The notes beneath the pieces were generated by a model. That model made no database searches and was not told the DNA's origin. It was given only the letters and a program-made list of their open reading frames with translations. This document shows positions 24,057 through 32,729 of a stretch of DNA of 33,619 nt, one piece after another. This DNA is from Minisyncoccia bacterium (GTDB lineage: Bacteria; Patescibacteriota; Minisyncoccia; Phycocordibacterales; UBA9973). Position 1 is the first letter of the stretch; each line of letters starts with the position of its first letter. A program made the position numbers and the translations under genes. The DNA lies in NCBI GenBank assembly GCA_044228545.1, contig JBGAUR010000002.1, positions 1 through 33,619 on the forward strand. The letters are read 5' to 3'.

Positions 24057-26138
24057 TTATTTTGTTACATTGTTAGCAGCTCCCAGCTGTGCTCTTAGTT
24101 GCTGTACAGGCTCACTCTGACTTCCTGTAAGTTTAGCAGGTGGTGGTTCTGGTGGTGGTGGAGCTGTCATCTCAGCCGGTGGTTCCCCACCTTGTTCAGC
24201 TCCGGCAGCGCCACCCATCATTTTTTGCATCTCATCTTTAGCCGGATTGTTCTCTGGTTTATCACTTCCTAAAGCTTTATCTTTATCGTAGCCCATAGCA
24301 TCAACATATTGTTCATAACCATAATCTAACGATCCAATAGGTGTGGGTTGACCAGTTGTTGGATCAACTTTAACCGTAGCAGCGGTTACTTGTAAGAAAT
24401 CTTTAGCATTAGATTTTTTCAATTCATTAGAAGCAGAGAAAGATGACTCACTTACTACTCTAACCTCAAGATCCCCTTTAGTTCTGATATACGCAGGACG
24501 AGCTTCAAAGAACCCATAATCATTCTGATTAGCTCCTTTCATGCGTAACGATTCCGATGTGTATTTACCTTCTACTGGTTTCTCAGTAATGTTTTTACCT
24601 TTAATTCTTATCTTACGATATTCTAGAGGCATATTACCTTTACTGGCATTGCCCGAAAGTTTCTCAACTAAAGGAATAGGATAATATTGCTGTACTGTTT
24701 TCATCAGTAACCAACCTAATCTTTTAAATCCTCTATTCTCATTGCGTTTAACATTCAAACTTAAACGACCCTGTGATATCTCACGCCGTATTGCTGCTAC
24801 TGTAGCTTGTGTTGAAGCGTTTAAATCTGTTATTTGTCTAAAATCCACACCCGTAGCAAAGATCAGATAATCCATAAGCATGTTGATAACATTGCTTGTA
24901 GAACCTGACATGCCTGGTATCTCATAATGCACAAACGCCCTTGAAGGGTCTTGTACTCTTGTTATTTGGTTACTACCAAACGTTGTAGCAACATCGTCAA
25001 AATCACTTAAATTGTCATCTAAAAGATTGATCCCTGAAGCACTCTTCTTTTCTTTATCAATCGCAATATTAATAAACGCATTGATCGCGTCTGCAATTGT
25101 AGCGATACGTTGTGGCTCACCTTCACCGATATAAGTGTTGTATTGAAGTCTATCGATATAGTCTACAAATGGTAGTTCCTTGTGTTCAAACGGATTTGCG
25201 CCATCATAAATAATCACACCGTTAGCCACAATTACTAATTGGTCTTTCATTTTATTCCAGTGCTCAAATACAACAACCTGGTCTTTATCATCTGAATTGT
25301 ATTCTTTGTACTGGCTAGCCGGATCGACACCGCCAAAATTCCACATTCCTTCTTTTACCAAATCAACATTCTTGAAAAACTCGTCATCAGAATAAGTTTC
25401 TTTGAACGTAGCACAGTCAAATCGTTTGCGAATTTTAATCCATGGCGAATCTGCTACACACATCGTAAGCGGATGTAACCACACATCATACGGCGAAATA
25501 TTGTCTACACAAATATCATCATAGTAAAGTACCTCGTCTTCCGTATAATCCGACGTTTTTTTATCTTTACCCTCAGTTTCCTTTTCTTTCTCGGGCATCT
25601 CTTTACCTTCCATTTCATAATCTTTTTCCTCACCCTCATGCTGCATACCTTCAACATCCTCCTCCTCTTTTTTGTTTACTTTAATTGTTCGGTAAATCTT
25701 TCTCCAACCAACATACTGATACATCAAGCCTAGAATATCTTTGTCTTGATTGAGTACATCAAGCTTATAATCGAGATTTACATACTTCTGATTCCAAACG
25801 TGCTTCTTAATAACATCATCCAAAATCTTAGCAATATTCTTATCCTCTGGATATTCTAAAGGTTCGTAACTCCAAGTAGGAGGAGACTTCATTTCGGTTG
25901 CCTGTTTACTTTCGATAATCAATTTTACAATAGGCAAAACAACCCCTGCTCTACCATCTTCATAGTAGAACGGTTTAGCGTTGTAGCGTTCAATATTATC
26001 TTTCCATTGATCTTCGTAGTTAGAACGGAACTTGATAGCTATATTCATTTCCTCATCAAGCGACTGCAAAAGTTTGGATTCCTCTTTAGTAGGTTTCCAT
26101 AACTTTTTATTGTCTTTTTGTTCGTCTTTAGTTAGCAC
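24057..26138 (-). CDS. Portal protein (693 aa)
   Basis: Lies immediately downstream of the large terminase gene and overlaps it (GTGCTAA). Typical portal size, with an acidic insertion and a Pro-rich C-terminus. The apparent start is GTG at 26138. Confidence 0.7.
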   Translation of the reverse strand: MLTKDEQKDNKKLWKPTKEESKLLQSLDEEMNIAIKFRSNYEDQWKDNIERYNAKPFYYEDGRAGVVLPIVKLIIESKQATEMKSPPTWSYEPLEYPEDKNIAKILDDVIKKHVWNQKYVNLDYKLDVLNQDKDILGLMYQYVGWRKIYRTIKVNKKEEEDVEGMQHEGEEKDYEMEGKEMPEKEKETEGKDKKTSDYTEDEVLYYDDICVDNISPYDVWLHPLTMCVADSPWIKIRKRFDCATFKETYSDDEFFKNVDLVKEGMWNFGGVDPASQYKEYNSDDKDQVVVFEHWNKMKDQLVIVANGVIIYDGANPFEHKELPFVDYIDRLQYNTYIGEGEPQRIATIADAINAFINIAIDKEKKSASGINLLDDNLSDFDDVATTFGSNQITRVQDPSRAFVHYEIPGMSGSTSNVINMLMDYLIFATGVDFRQITDLNASTQATVAAIRREISQGRLSLNVKRNENRGFKRLGWLLMKTVQQYYPIPLVEKLSGNASKGNMPLEYRKIRIKGKNITEKPVEGKYTSESLRMKGANQNDYGFFEARPAYIRTKGDLEVRVVSESSFSASNELKKSNAKDFLQVTAATVKVDPTTGQPTPIGSLDYGYEQYVDAMGYDKDKALGSDKPENNPAKDEMQKMMGGAAGAEQGGEPPAEMTAPPPPEPPPAKLTGSQSEPVQQLRAQLGAANNVTK

Positions 26139-27646
26139 GCTCGGCGGTAAGATGGATTAGATAGCTTCGGCTTCATTAACGGTTGCCTACTCGGCAATAT
26201 TACCGTTGCTTTCTTCTCCCCTCTCACCTTCTCATTTACCGCATAATATTCTAATGCTGTACGATAATGTGAAGTCCAATCGTGAATGGGTTTGTCTATT
26301 GGCGCTGTAGCTTGACTACCTTCGCCTCTATCAGGATACCTTGCGTTCTCCATTGCGTCAATGAAATCCGTTAGGTTCTTGTCTACCATTAACCTACGAA
26401 TCAGTAACTTGGTTTTAGTTATTCGTACACCTAGTTTAAACTCGCTAGGATTAGTATTCACGATAATCCCGTGCTGCCTAAGTTCACCTATCCAGGAGGT
26501 TCCTCTAGCACGGTCGTTATTTGAACCCGTTGGATCACCATAATGTATAGCAGCTTGCCAATTACGATGTTTTTGTATCTTGATAAACTCCTCGTCATTG
26601 TACTGGTAACTCTGCAACCCCTGTACGGTTTTAACAATTCCTGTAATGAACGGCACATAAAAATCTATCGTCTTATTACTGTTAGTGTATGAATCAATAA
26701 CCCGCACAGTGTAATCTTTGGTGTCCACTTGCAACCAAATAATAGCCACTGCATCTAATCCGAAATCCCATGAAACATACAAAGGTTGTGTAGGATCGTA
26801 CTCTTGTACATCATCATAGTTGCGTTCGCTAAATTCAGGATAAACACGGCCTATTACTGACTTGTTGTAATTAATATCCAACTCCTGTGCGATTTCTTCA
26901 GGTGTACGTCTAGCACATTCGGAATCGTACCATTCTTGCGTTTTAAGAGGGTGTAACCTCCAATGCAATGTTTGTTTACTGATTTTACTTTTAAGCGCTA
27001 AATCAGCGAATTTGTTACCTTTACCGTTAGGTGTAGACGTTACTATCCTACACTTGGAAGCATCACCCATTGCAGTCCATGCGGTGCGTCCTTTTTGCCA
27101 GAACGCGAACTCATCCGGCCAAATAACAGAGTATCTACCCTGACGTGAGAAGTTATCCGTTGGTGCGTACCCGACTATCATATTACCGTTAATCTTATTT
27201 TCGAGTCTCATGTACACGTTCCGGCTTTCGTCTTTCTTAGCCGGATACAACCATTCAGGAAGTGAATTGATAAGAAATCGTAACCTCCCAAAATGTGAGT
27301 CCAGAGTTTTGTTGTCTACCAAATCCTCAATATACGAACCTATAAGAGCGTTAAACCCTTCGTCAAATAACCATTTATGCAGTAAGAATCCAAGTACCAT
27401 CCATGAAACTCCCATATCACGGGACTTTTCGGTTAAACAGTCCTCAGGCTTTTTATACATCCTGTCAAGCCATAAGATGTAATCATCTTGGAACGGATAC
27501 GTTATAAATGGAATCTTTTTATCACTTGAACGTGGATCGTACGTCCAAAGAGCTAGATTAAAAAACGCTAAAATATCCTCTGAGAACGTGTCTCTTAGGT
27601 GTTGCTGTGCTTCTATATTCTCGGGAGCTTTTTGTACTAACTCCAT
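26132..27646 (-). CDS. terL: Terminase large subunit
   Basis: ATPase motifs: Walker A-like EKSRDMGVSW, Walker B VIWPDEFAFW and coupling motif TSTPNG. A C-terminal nuclease-type region is present. The longest ORF starts with TTG at 27688; the first ATG is at 27646. Confidence 0.88.
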   Translation of the reverse strand: MELVQKAPENIEAQQHLRDTFSEDILAFFNLALWTYDPRSSDKKIPFITYPFQDDYILWLDRMYKKPEDCLTEKSRDMGVSWMVLGFLLHKWLFDEGFNALIGSYIEDLVDNKTLDSHFGRLRFLINSLPEWLYPAKKDESRNVYMRLENKINGNMIVGYAPTDNFSRQGRYSVIWPDEFAFWQKGRTAWTAMGDASKCRIVTSTPNGKGNKFADLALKSKISKQTLHWRLHPLKTQEWYDSECARRTPEEIAQELDINYNKSVIGRVYPEFSERNYDDVQEYDPTQPLYVSWDFGLDAVAIIWLQVDTKDYTVRVIDSYTNSNKTIDFYVPFITGIVKTVQGLQSYQYNDEEFIKIQKHRNWQAAIHYGDPTGSNNDRARGTSWIGELRQHGIIVNTNPSEFKLGVRITKTKLLIRRLMVDKNLTDFIDAMENARYPDRGEGSQATAPIDKPIHDWTSHYRTALEYYAVNEKVRGEKKATVILPSRQPLMKPKLSNPSYRRAC

Positions 27647-27781
27647 TCTCTGCCCTAGATTTATTTCTTCTTTCTTAGAATAGATCAACTATAGTATATT
27701 ACACAATATTTCTTCTCTATTTTAGGCAGGATTTTTGTGAGGGTACATTGGCTTTAGAAGCCAACATTTGACAAACAGCGT

Positions 27782-28018
27782 TCACTCATCAAAACTTACC
27801 GCTTCACCGTTACATATTTTTGCTATTTTCTTAAGTTCTTTACTATCCATTGGCTTCAATCCCTCAGCTACCATAATCTCATTATACGTCTTTATCCAAG
27901 CCTCATCGTGCCCTGCACACTGTATTGTATTACCTTCTTTAACAAACACACAATTGCAGGTGTCCTTAGTAGGCTTTAAAGAAGTAGTACCCGGTTTGTT
28001 ACAACAATCACAATTCAT
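27782..28018 (-). CDS. Cys-rich small protein (78 aa) between the terminase subunit genes
   Basis: MNCDCCNK ... CNC ... C. ORF track entry. Confidence 0.55.
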   Translation of the reverse strand: MNCDCCNKPGTTSLKPTKDTCNCVFVKEGNTIQCAGHDEAWIKTYNEIMVAEGLKPMDSKELKKIAKICNGEAVSFDE

Positions 28019-28019
28019 A

Positions 28020-28469
28020 TCAATTCCCCAAAAAATCTGTTAAAAACTTCAATCTCTCTTCTTTAGTTAGTTTAGCTGGTGGTACGTACTCATGTTGTAT
28101 AGCTTTACCATCTTTACCTGTTTGTTCTTGTCGTGTGGAGTAATCATCTTTCTTTAAACGTTCAAGAGTAAACTTAGTAATATCAGCTTTAATTTTATCG
28201 TGTTCTGTATAGGAATCACTTAAGAATGTTTTAAGGTTTTTCTCAGCTTGTTTGACCAAATCGTTATGTCTAACACTTTCCGCCAACCAATCTGGCATCT
28301 TAGCGGTGATAGATTCTGCATACTCTTGTTCATATCCTACTTTTAAAGCTGACTGCAAAGCATTAGCGAATGTTTCACTTTTAGGATCAAGATACAAAGA
28401 AAGGAATAAAGCCTGACGAGGGTCTACTTGATACTGGTTAGCTCCATTTGGATTAGTCTTTCTTTTCAT
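28020..28469 (-). CDS. terS: Terminase small subunit (149 aa)
   Basis: Lies upstream of terL. The N-terminal HTH-like segment FANALQSALKVGYEQEYAES resembles the NAT.AA..AGYS motif of Terminase_2-type small subunits. Confidence 0.6.
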   Translation of the reverse strand: MKRKTNPNGANQYQVDPRQALFLSLYLDPKSETFANALQSALKVGYEQEYAESITAKMPDWLAESVRHNDLVKQAEKNLKTFLSDSYTEHDKIKADITKFTLERLKKDDYSTRQEQTGKDGKAIQHEYVPPAKLTKEERLKFLTDFLGN

Positions 28470-28629
28470 GTGTAATATTTCTTATAGGAATACCGTCTTT
28501 AAAAACAATCAGTTCTTCCCTAGATTCATTATCTTTTATAATTAAAGCATTCTTAGGTGACTCTTTTGTCATATCAATCGTTGTACTGAATGCCTTTTTC
28601 GATTTCTTTAATTTAATTTTTGGCTTCAT
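28453..28629 (-). CDS. Small basic hypothetical protein (58 aa)
   Basis: Hand-translated; ATG at 28629 and TAA at 28453-28455. Overlaps the terS start by 17 nt. Confidence 0.4.
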   Translation of the reverse strand: MKPKIKLKKSKKAFSTTIDMTKESPKNALIIKDNESREELIVFKDGIPIRNITHEKKD

Positions 28630-28641
28630 AATTTCTTTTCA

Positions 28642-29007
28642 TTAAGTTTTAAATAAAGATTTGCTACTGCTTCTTCTGGGGATTGAACCTTCTGATTCGA
28701 TTGAGGGTAAATATTCACTATCTTCATTCAAACGTATAATACTTGCTACAAATGGGTGTTGATACATTGCACAATGACTTAATGTAAACTCCCAGTAATT
28801 TTCTACCTTTCTACATTCTTCAATAAGCTCTGAGAGGGTAGGACTTGCAGCAACTACAACACAATCCTCATGGAAAACACTACCCTTTGGATGTATTTCA
28901 TAAAAAGGCTTCCCGATTGCATCATTACCCACATGCAATAAATCAAATTCAGTATTTTGAGGAAACCCATTTTCCTTTAAAGCCTTACATAGTTCTAGTG
29001 AGAGCAT
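28642..29007 (-). CDS. Hypothetical protein (121 aa)
   Basis: ORF track entry. Confidence 0.6.
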   Translation of the reverse strand: MLSLELCKALKENGFPQNTEFDLLHVGNDAIGKPFYEIHPKGSVFHEDCVVVAASPTLSELIEECRKVENYWEFTLSHCAMYQHPFVASIIRLNEDSEYLPSIESEGSIPRRSSSKSLFKT

Positions 29008-29008
29008 A

Positions 29009-29278
29009 TTATTTTAATTTTACATGCTTAATTTTTCGTACCTCAACTACTTCCCGTAAATCTTTCTTATTAAAAGAACGTTTCTTCCAATAACGAGAAT
29101 CCCAAAAAAACACTTCATACTTTCCGTTTTTATAACCGGATATTGTTCCCACTGTTCCTTTATAATTTCCAGAGATTACTACCACATTTTTAGCGAGGTT
29201 GATTTGGTAATTCTCCTTGCTTGTCTTCACCATAAGTTTTAGTAAAATATTCTTTTGCGTACTGTATCGGTATTCCAA
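29009..29278 (-). CDS. Small protein with a KOW/SH3-like segment
   Basis: VVVISGNYKGTVGTISGYKNGKYEVFF resembles a KOW-type beta motif. An alternative ATG at 29233 would reduce the overlap with the upstream gene. Confidence 0.45.
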   Translation of the reverse strand: MEYRYSTQKNILLKLMVKTSKENYQINLAKNVVVISGNYKGTVGTISGYKNGKYEVFFWDSRYWKKRSFNKKDLREVVEVRKIKHVKLK

Positions 29279-29426
29279 GTACCTTTACAAGAGCTTTACG
29301 AGCTGGCTTTGTTCCGGCTCGTTTATACACATGAGCCTTAAGTTCATTTTCCATGTGCTCTATAAGCTGCTTACAAGCTTGTGCCTGCAATAGCTTTAGT
29401 ACTATACGTTGCTCTTCTCTATTCAT
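29190..29426 (-). CDS. Hypothetical helical protein (78 aa)
   Basis: ORF track entry. A 4-nt overlap with the upstream cold-shock gene. Confidence 0.5.
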   Translation of the reverse strand: MNREEQRIVLKLLQAQACKQLIEHMENELKAHVYKRAGTKPARKALVKVLGIPIQYAKEYFTKTYGEDKQGELPNQPR

Positions 29427-29623
29427 AAAACTTTACAGTTTGAAGCATTTAATCCTTTATTGTTCTCAAATATCTCAAATTCTACCACATCGCCTTTTTG
29501 TAAATTAGCAAACGGATAACTATTGTCTAATTGACTTGCGTGTAGAAATACATCTCTCTGTAATCCTTCAGCGCCAATAAAAGCGAACCCTTTATCTGAT
29601 ACATTTTTTATTACTCCCTTCAT
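29423..29623 (-). CDS. Cold-shock domain protein (CspA family, 66 aa)
   Basis: KGFAFI matches the RNP1-like KGFGFI motif, and VFLHAS matches the RNP2-like VFVHFS motif. Typical 66-aa length. Confidence 0.8.
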   Translation of the reverse strand: MKGVIKNVSDKGFAFIGAEGLQRDVFLHASQLDNSYPFANLQKGDVVEFEIFENNKGLNASNCKVL

Positions 29624-29645
29624 ACTTTAATAAAATTAAATAATA

Positions 29646-29771
29646 TTACTTTATTTCTTCTTTTAATTTGCAATTAGGACAATACACACTTTCTAAATAA
29701 TAATAATCCCCACTTTTACTATACTTGGCTGCCACCCACTGATGTACACATTTTTTTTGTTTATCAGTCAT
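29646..29771 (-). CDS. Small Cys-containing protein (41 aa, ...CVH...CPNC...)
   Basis: Hand-translated; ATG at 29771 and TAA at 29646-29648. Confidence 0.4.
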   Translation of the reverse strand: MTDKQKKCVHQWVAAKYSKSGDYYYLESVYCPNCKLKEEIK

Positions 29772-29775
29772 AAAT

Positions 29776-29973
29776 TTATTTTGTCGATAAAGAATCGGAT
29801 GATAATGCTACCCCTAACGCTGGAGACTCATAGTATGGATAAACAGAGAAACTGGTTGTATCCATGCCAACATCTTTTAAAATTTTAAATATTTCTTGCA
29901 TTTTTTGTTCAACATTAGATTTTTCACAAATTAAATTACAATTAATCCCAAGACTTACTTTTGTATTCTCCAT
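29776..29973 (-). CDS. Hypothetical protein (65 aa)
   Basis: ORF track entry. Confidence 0.5.
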   Translation of the reverse strand: MENTKVSLGINCNLICEKSNVEQKMQEIFKILKDVGMDTTSFSVYPYYESPALGVALSSDSLSTK

Positions 29974-30008
29974 AATTTTAAATTAAAAAATAGTAAATTA
30001 TTTATAAT

Positions 30009-30287
30009 TTATTTTATTGATTCTTTGATCTCTTTTAGATCAGCTACTACTAGCTCCATACGGTCAATAACGTCCTTTAAATCTGCAAAATCTAAATCTC
30101 TGAATCTAATACCGTCAAGCTGTGGCGTTGGTAACTTAATAGAATCTGCTCCTTTACTTTTCATTTTCTCGAGAGCCTCTTCGAGATTCTTTTTTTCTAA
30201 AACCATTTCACCGATAAATGGTGCCTTTACAGGAAAATCATATGAAATCTTTTTAGTGTCGTTATTGATAAGTTGATGGCCGTACAT
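30009..30287 (-). CDS. Hypothetical protein (92 aa)
   Basis: ORF track entry. Confidence 0.6.
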   Translation of the reverse strand: MYGHQLINNDTKKISYDFPVKAPFIGEMVLEKKNLEEALEKMKSKGADSIKLPTPQLDGIRFRDLDFADLKDVIDRMELVVADLKEIKESIK

Positions 30288-30306
30288 AAATTGAGTTAAA
30301 AAATAA

Positions 30307-30678
30307 TTATCTAATAACCTTCTCTGTAATAGGAAGGTTTGAAGTAGTAGCTTTCATTTCTTTCATTCGTTTAAGCGCTTCAGCTACTAGAGCGTTCCGT
30401 TTCTGTTCTTCGTTTATCGCTGCCCTAGGATCAATGCTTTTTACAGCAGAAATCTCTTTATTGATACGATTATATGGGTTGATACTACCGCCCGTTATAG
30501 CTCCACTAGTACTACGATTTTCTGTTAATCCTCCTTTTAGGACTTGGGAACGGTCGCTGGTAAGCTGGTTTCTAGTATCCTGAGCTGCAACATTAGGATT
30601 AAAAGCTCCAGTACCTTGTAAACGTGTATTATCTGATAATTTATTAAGATAATTCGATAAAACACCATTGGCAGCGTA
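30307..30678 (-). other. Start-less 123-codon open frame, in frame with and contiguous to ORF 30679..31017 (readthrough extension or the 3' part of a nonsense-interrupted gene)
   Basis: Hand-translated as YAANGVLSNYLNKLSDNTRLQGTGAFNPNV...ITEKVIR, ending at TAA 30307-30309. There is no ATG, GTG or TTG until about codon 104. Composition matches the upstream ORF. Confidence 0.5.
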
Positions 30679-31017
30679 TTAGCCTGTACCAGCTTTACCA
30701 AAATATGTACTCATTACATCAGCTCTACCATTATTTGCGGCATCTTCAGCTTGTATTTGTTGTAAAACTGCATTCGGTATAGACATAGTATTGCCGCCTA
30801 CTTGTAAAGACGAAATCCCTCTTTGAAGTATTGGATTACCGTTACTACCATACGCTGTAACAAAATTTCTTACAGGATTTATTTGTCCACTGGAAATAGC
30901 CTTAGATTTTCTAAAAATATTAGATCTGTTCATCAACGAAAAATTATCTGTTGGTGCAGGAGTTGTTTGTTCTCTACGAATAGCTTCATCTATTTTTGCA
31001 ATCTCTTCAGGTGTCAT
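30679..31017 (-). CDS. Asn/Gly/Ser/Gln-rich protein (112 aa to the first TAA)
   Basis: ORF track entry. A 4-nt overlap with the upstream gene. The stop is TAA at 30679-30681. Confidence 0.6.
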   Translation of the reverse strand: MTPEEIAKIDEAIRREQTTPAPTDNFSLMNRSNIFRKSKAISSGQINPVRNFVTAYGSNGNPILQRGISSLQVGGNTMSIPNAVLQQIQAEDAANNGRADVMSTYFGKAGTG

Positions 31018-31298
31018 GATACTGACAATAAATATTGTAAAATTTCTTCTTTTTGATTTTGAGTTAAATCTTTACCATATCCATATTTATCAAATAATTC
31101 TTTCATAGTTATTTCTGGTGGCAAACCGTGAGTTTGCTTCATCTTAACAAGTCCTTCAACTAATTCATTTGTATTTGCTTCTATTATACATTGCTTAAGT
31201 ATTTCTCTTTTTTCAGATTCTGATTTTTCCCTAATATTACCTCTTTTTTCTAAAGCAATCTTGAAATGTTTATGCCATAATTTCGTTTTATTTATCAT
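31014..31298 (-). CDS. Hypothetical protein (94 aa)
   Basis: ORF track entry. Confidence 0.6.
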   Translation of the reverse strand: MINKTKLWHKHFKIALEKRGNIREKSESEKREILKQCIIEANTNELVEGLVKMKQTHGLPPEITMKELFDKYGYGKDLTQNQKEEILQYLLSVS

Positions 31299-31357
31299 AA
31301 ATTTCTTTATTTACAAGATACAGTTTATAGCTTTCTTAAGCAAAAATCAATGCAATT

Positions 31358-31648
31358 CTATATTTTCGTTTTATCAATATATTCTTGGATATTATTCCCA
31401 GAAATAACCTCATCTAAAATATCATGAAGCCTTGCCTGATATGCTGGCATAAAATTTGCCCCACAACACCTATTAAAAATACTTTTAAAACATAAATCAC
31501 ATATCATTTTTACACCCCATAATTCTTTCGCCAGTTTACATTTGTCTTTTAGGAGGGAGTCGAGAGTGATAATTTCTTCTGCATCTGGAAATGCTTTTTT
31601 CATCTCTTCAAATGTCATTATTTTACGTTTAACGAGTATTTTCTTCAT
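31358..31648 (-). CDS. Cys-containing hypothetical protein (96 aa)
   Basis: ORF track entry. Confidence 0.6.
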   Translation of the reverse strand: MKKILVKRKIMTFEEMKKAFPDAEEIITLDSLLKDKCKLAKELWGVKMICDLCFKSIFNRCCGANFMPAYQARLHDILDEVISGNNIQEYIDKTKI

Positions 31649-31800
31649 TTGGAATTTTTTATATATTTATCAAGAAGTGGTGTACAAGATTCAAATTTCG
31701 GCAATGGTGGTACTCGCGTAACTTTACATTTTTTACATTTAAAAAGTTTTGTAAGTGTTGTGTTACATTCAGAGCATTTTAGTGACTTATTTAAGATCAT
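31645..31800 (-). CDS. Zinc-ribbon-like mini-protein (51 aa, ...CSEC...CKKC...)
   Basis: Hand-translated; ATG at 31800 and TGA at 31645-31647. ATGA overlap with the next gene. Confidence 0.45.
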   Translation of the reverse strand: MILNKSLKCSECNTTLTKLFKCKKCKVTRVPPLPKFESCTPLLDKYIKNSK

Positions 31801-31872
31801 GATTCAAAAAACTAAAGAGATAATCTATACGTTCTGAGGGTGGGGTGAGAGCGAGTTGTTGAATGTAGTTTT

Positions 31873-32019
31873 TCAGATTGAGTCATCGTTTTCTGTATAA
31901 GGATACATTTTATGAAATTTTAAAAACTCTTCAAATTGCTTTTTTGTTCCTTTGAAATAAATCCCCTTAGTATTGTCATAATATTCAATAATCTCAACAA
32001 ATTCTGATTTTCCTTTCAT
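31873..32019 (-). CDS. Small hypothetical protein (48 aa)
   Basis: Hand-translated; ATG at 32019 and TGA at 31873-31875. Confidence 0.4.
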   Translation of the reverse strand: MKGKSEFVEIIEYYDNTKGIYFKGTKKQFEEFLKFHKMYPYTENDDSI

Positions 32020-32023
32020 ATCT

Positions 32024-32209
32024 TTATTGATTAGTTTTTAAATCCTTAAAAAATCTTTTTTCAGCCAACATTAGAGGATAAACCCAGTCTATTTCTCTTT
32101 GAATTATCCTTTTTCTCCAAAATTCATACCATTTACACTTCTTTTTAAGAGTAATAAATCTCTCATAGCAATATGTCCATTTGGATAGTGAGGATAGGCC
32201 TGTGAACAT
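32024..32209 (-). CDS. Hypothetical protein (61 aa)
   Basis: ORF track entry. Begins 2 nt after the RHH gene's stop codon. Confidence 0.5.
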   Translation of the reverse strand: MFTGLSSLSKWTYCYERFITLKKKCKWYEFWRKRIIQREIDWVYPLMLAEKRFFKDLKTNQ

Positions 32210-32211
32210 AA

Positions 32212-32361
32212 TTATTTAGAATCCTTAGATTTTTTCTTATCATCTCTTTCAAACTTCTCTATAAGAGCGTCTATAACAAATTTGGTCATATTGCTCGTTC
32301 TTCTTTTTATCTCGTCCATAATCCACTGTGGAATACGGAAATTTGATTTAGGGGTTGGCAT
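32212..32361 (-). CDS. Ribbon-helix-helix (CopG/Arc/MetJ-like) DNA-binding protein (49 aa)
   Basis: Hand-translated as MPTPKSNFRIPQWIMDEIKRRTSNMTKFVIDALIEKFERDD... The strand - helix - turn - helix pattern is typical of RHH repressors. Confidence 0.55.
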   Translation of the reverse strand: MPTPKSNFRIPQWIMDEIKRRTSNMTKFVIDALIEKFERDDKKKSKDSK

Positions 32362-32363
32362 AA

Positions 32364-32471
32364 TCATTCATTATCATAATATCCAGAATCTGCCATTTGA
32401 CATGTGTAGCTACAATATTCTTCGTTTTTTTTGCTTTTATTGTTACATGGAGGATAAGAACATTTTTGCAT
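32364..32471 (-). CDS. Cys-rich mini-protein (35 aa, MQKCSYPPCNNKSKKNEEYCSYTCQ...)
   Basis: Hand-translated; ATG at 32471 and TGA at 32364-32366. Confidence 0.35.
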   Translation of the reverse strand: MQKCSYPPCNNKSKKNEEYCSYTCQMADSGYYDNE

Positions 32472-32482
32472 AAATTTAAATA

Positions 32483-32632
32483 TTACAAAATACTTCTCAA
32501 TGTTTGTAATTGTTTAATTTCTTTCAAGGCGGATTTAATCTCTTTTTTATCGTACCCAATAGCTTCAAGCATTTGTTCAGACATACCAGAGTCAACATAA
32601 TATTCTTTGATTTGTTGGATAGAAGTTTTCAT
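32483..32632 (-). CDS. Small helical protein (49 aa), first ORF after the early promoter
   Basis: Hand-translated; ATG at 32632 and TAA at 32483-32485. Confidence 0.4.
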   Translation of the reverse strand: MKTSIQQIKEYYVDSGMSEQMLEAIGYDKKEIKSALKEIKQLQTLRSIL

Positions 32633-32665
32633 AAAGTTTTTGGTGAAGAAGTAGGTTACGTACCC

Positions 32666-32694
32666 ATCTTACTTAATTGTACGTACAAAGTCAA
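32666..32694 (-). promoter_or_regulatory. Sigma70-like early promoter TTGACT-N17-TAAGAT with a palindromic operator in the spacer
   Basis: The -35 is the reverse complement of agtcaa at 32689-32694, and the -10 is the reverse complement of atctta at 32666-32671. It shares the 11-nt core AAGTATTGACT with the promoter at 3166-3195. The spacer holds the 12-bp perfect palindrome TTGTACGTACAA (32677-32688). Confidence 0.5.
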
Positions 32695-32729
32695 TACTTC
32701 AATATCAATTAACTAGACAATTTTCCGGC

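Noticed and set aside
27748-27764. Hairpin TTGGCTT-TAG-AAGCCAA between the 78-aa gene and terL, considered as a terminator or pac site
   Set aside because: No U-run follows on the coding strand and no repeats accompany it. The evidence is insufficient for either call.
30679-30681. Genome-wide stop-codon reassignment as the explanation for the in-frame TAA
   Set aside because: Many adjacent, well-delimited genes use TAA as their terminator, for example at 2-4, 1784-1786, 2230-2232, 16344-16346 and 33178-33180. All large structural ORFs are intact under the standard code, so a local event is more likely.
403-32716. Plus-strand ORFs in the six-frame track: 403..588, 1159..1401, 2002..2277, 2738..2947, 3811..4014, 4559..4864, 7768..7980, 9336..9527, 9641..9826, 11406..11666, 18089..18292, 19312..19527, 20561..20758, 21524..21856, 21843..22103, 22705..22914, 22742..22936, 23185..23433, 26361..26543, 27210..27482, 27768..28043, 28845..29093, 30025..30276, 30823..31056, 31649..31837, 32282..32473, 32397..32600 and 32510..32716
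   Set aside because: All lie antisense to longer minus-strand ORFs with recognisable domains, or to tightly packed small minus-strand genes. Their translations are low-complexity Leu/Ile/Phe/Ser-rich strings typical of the reverse complement of AT-rich coding DNA. None has its own promoter-like or spacing support.
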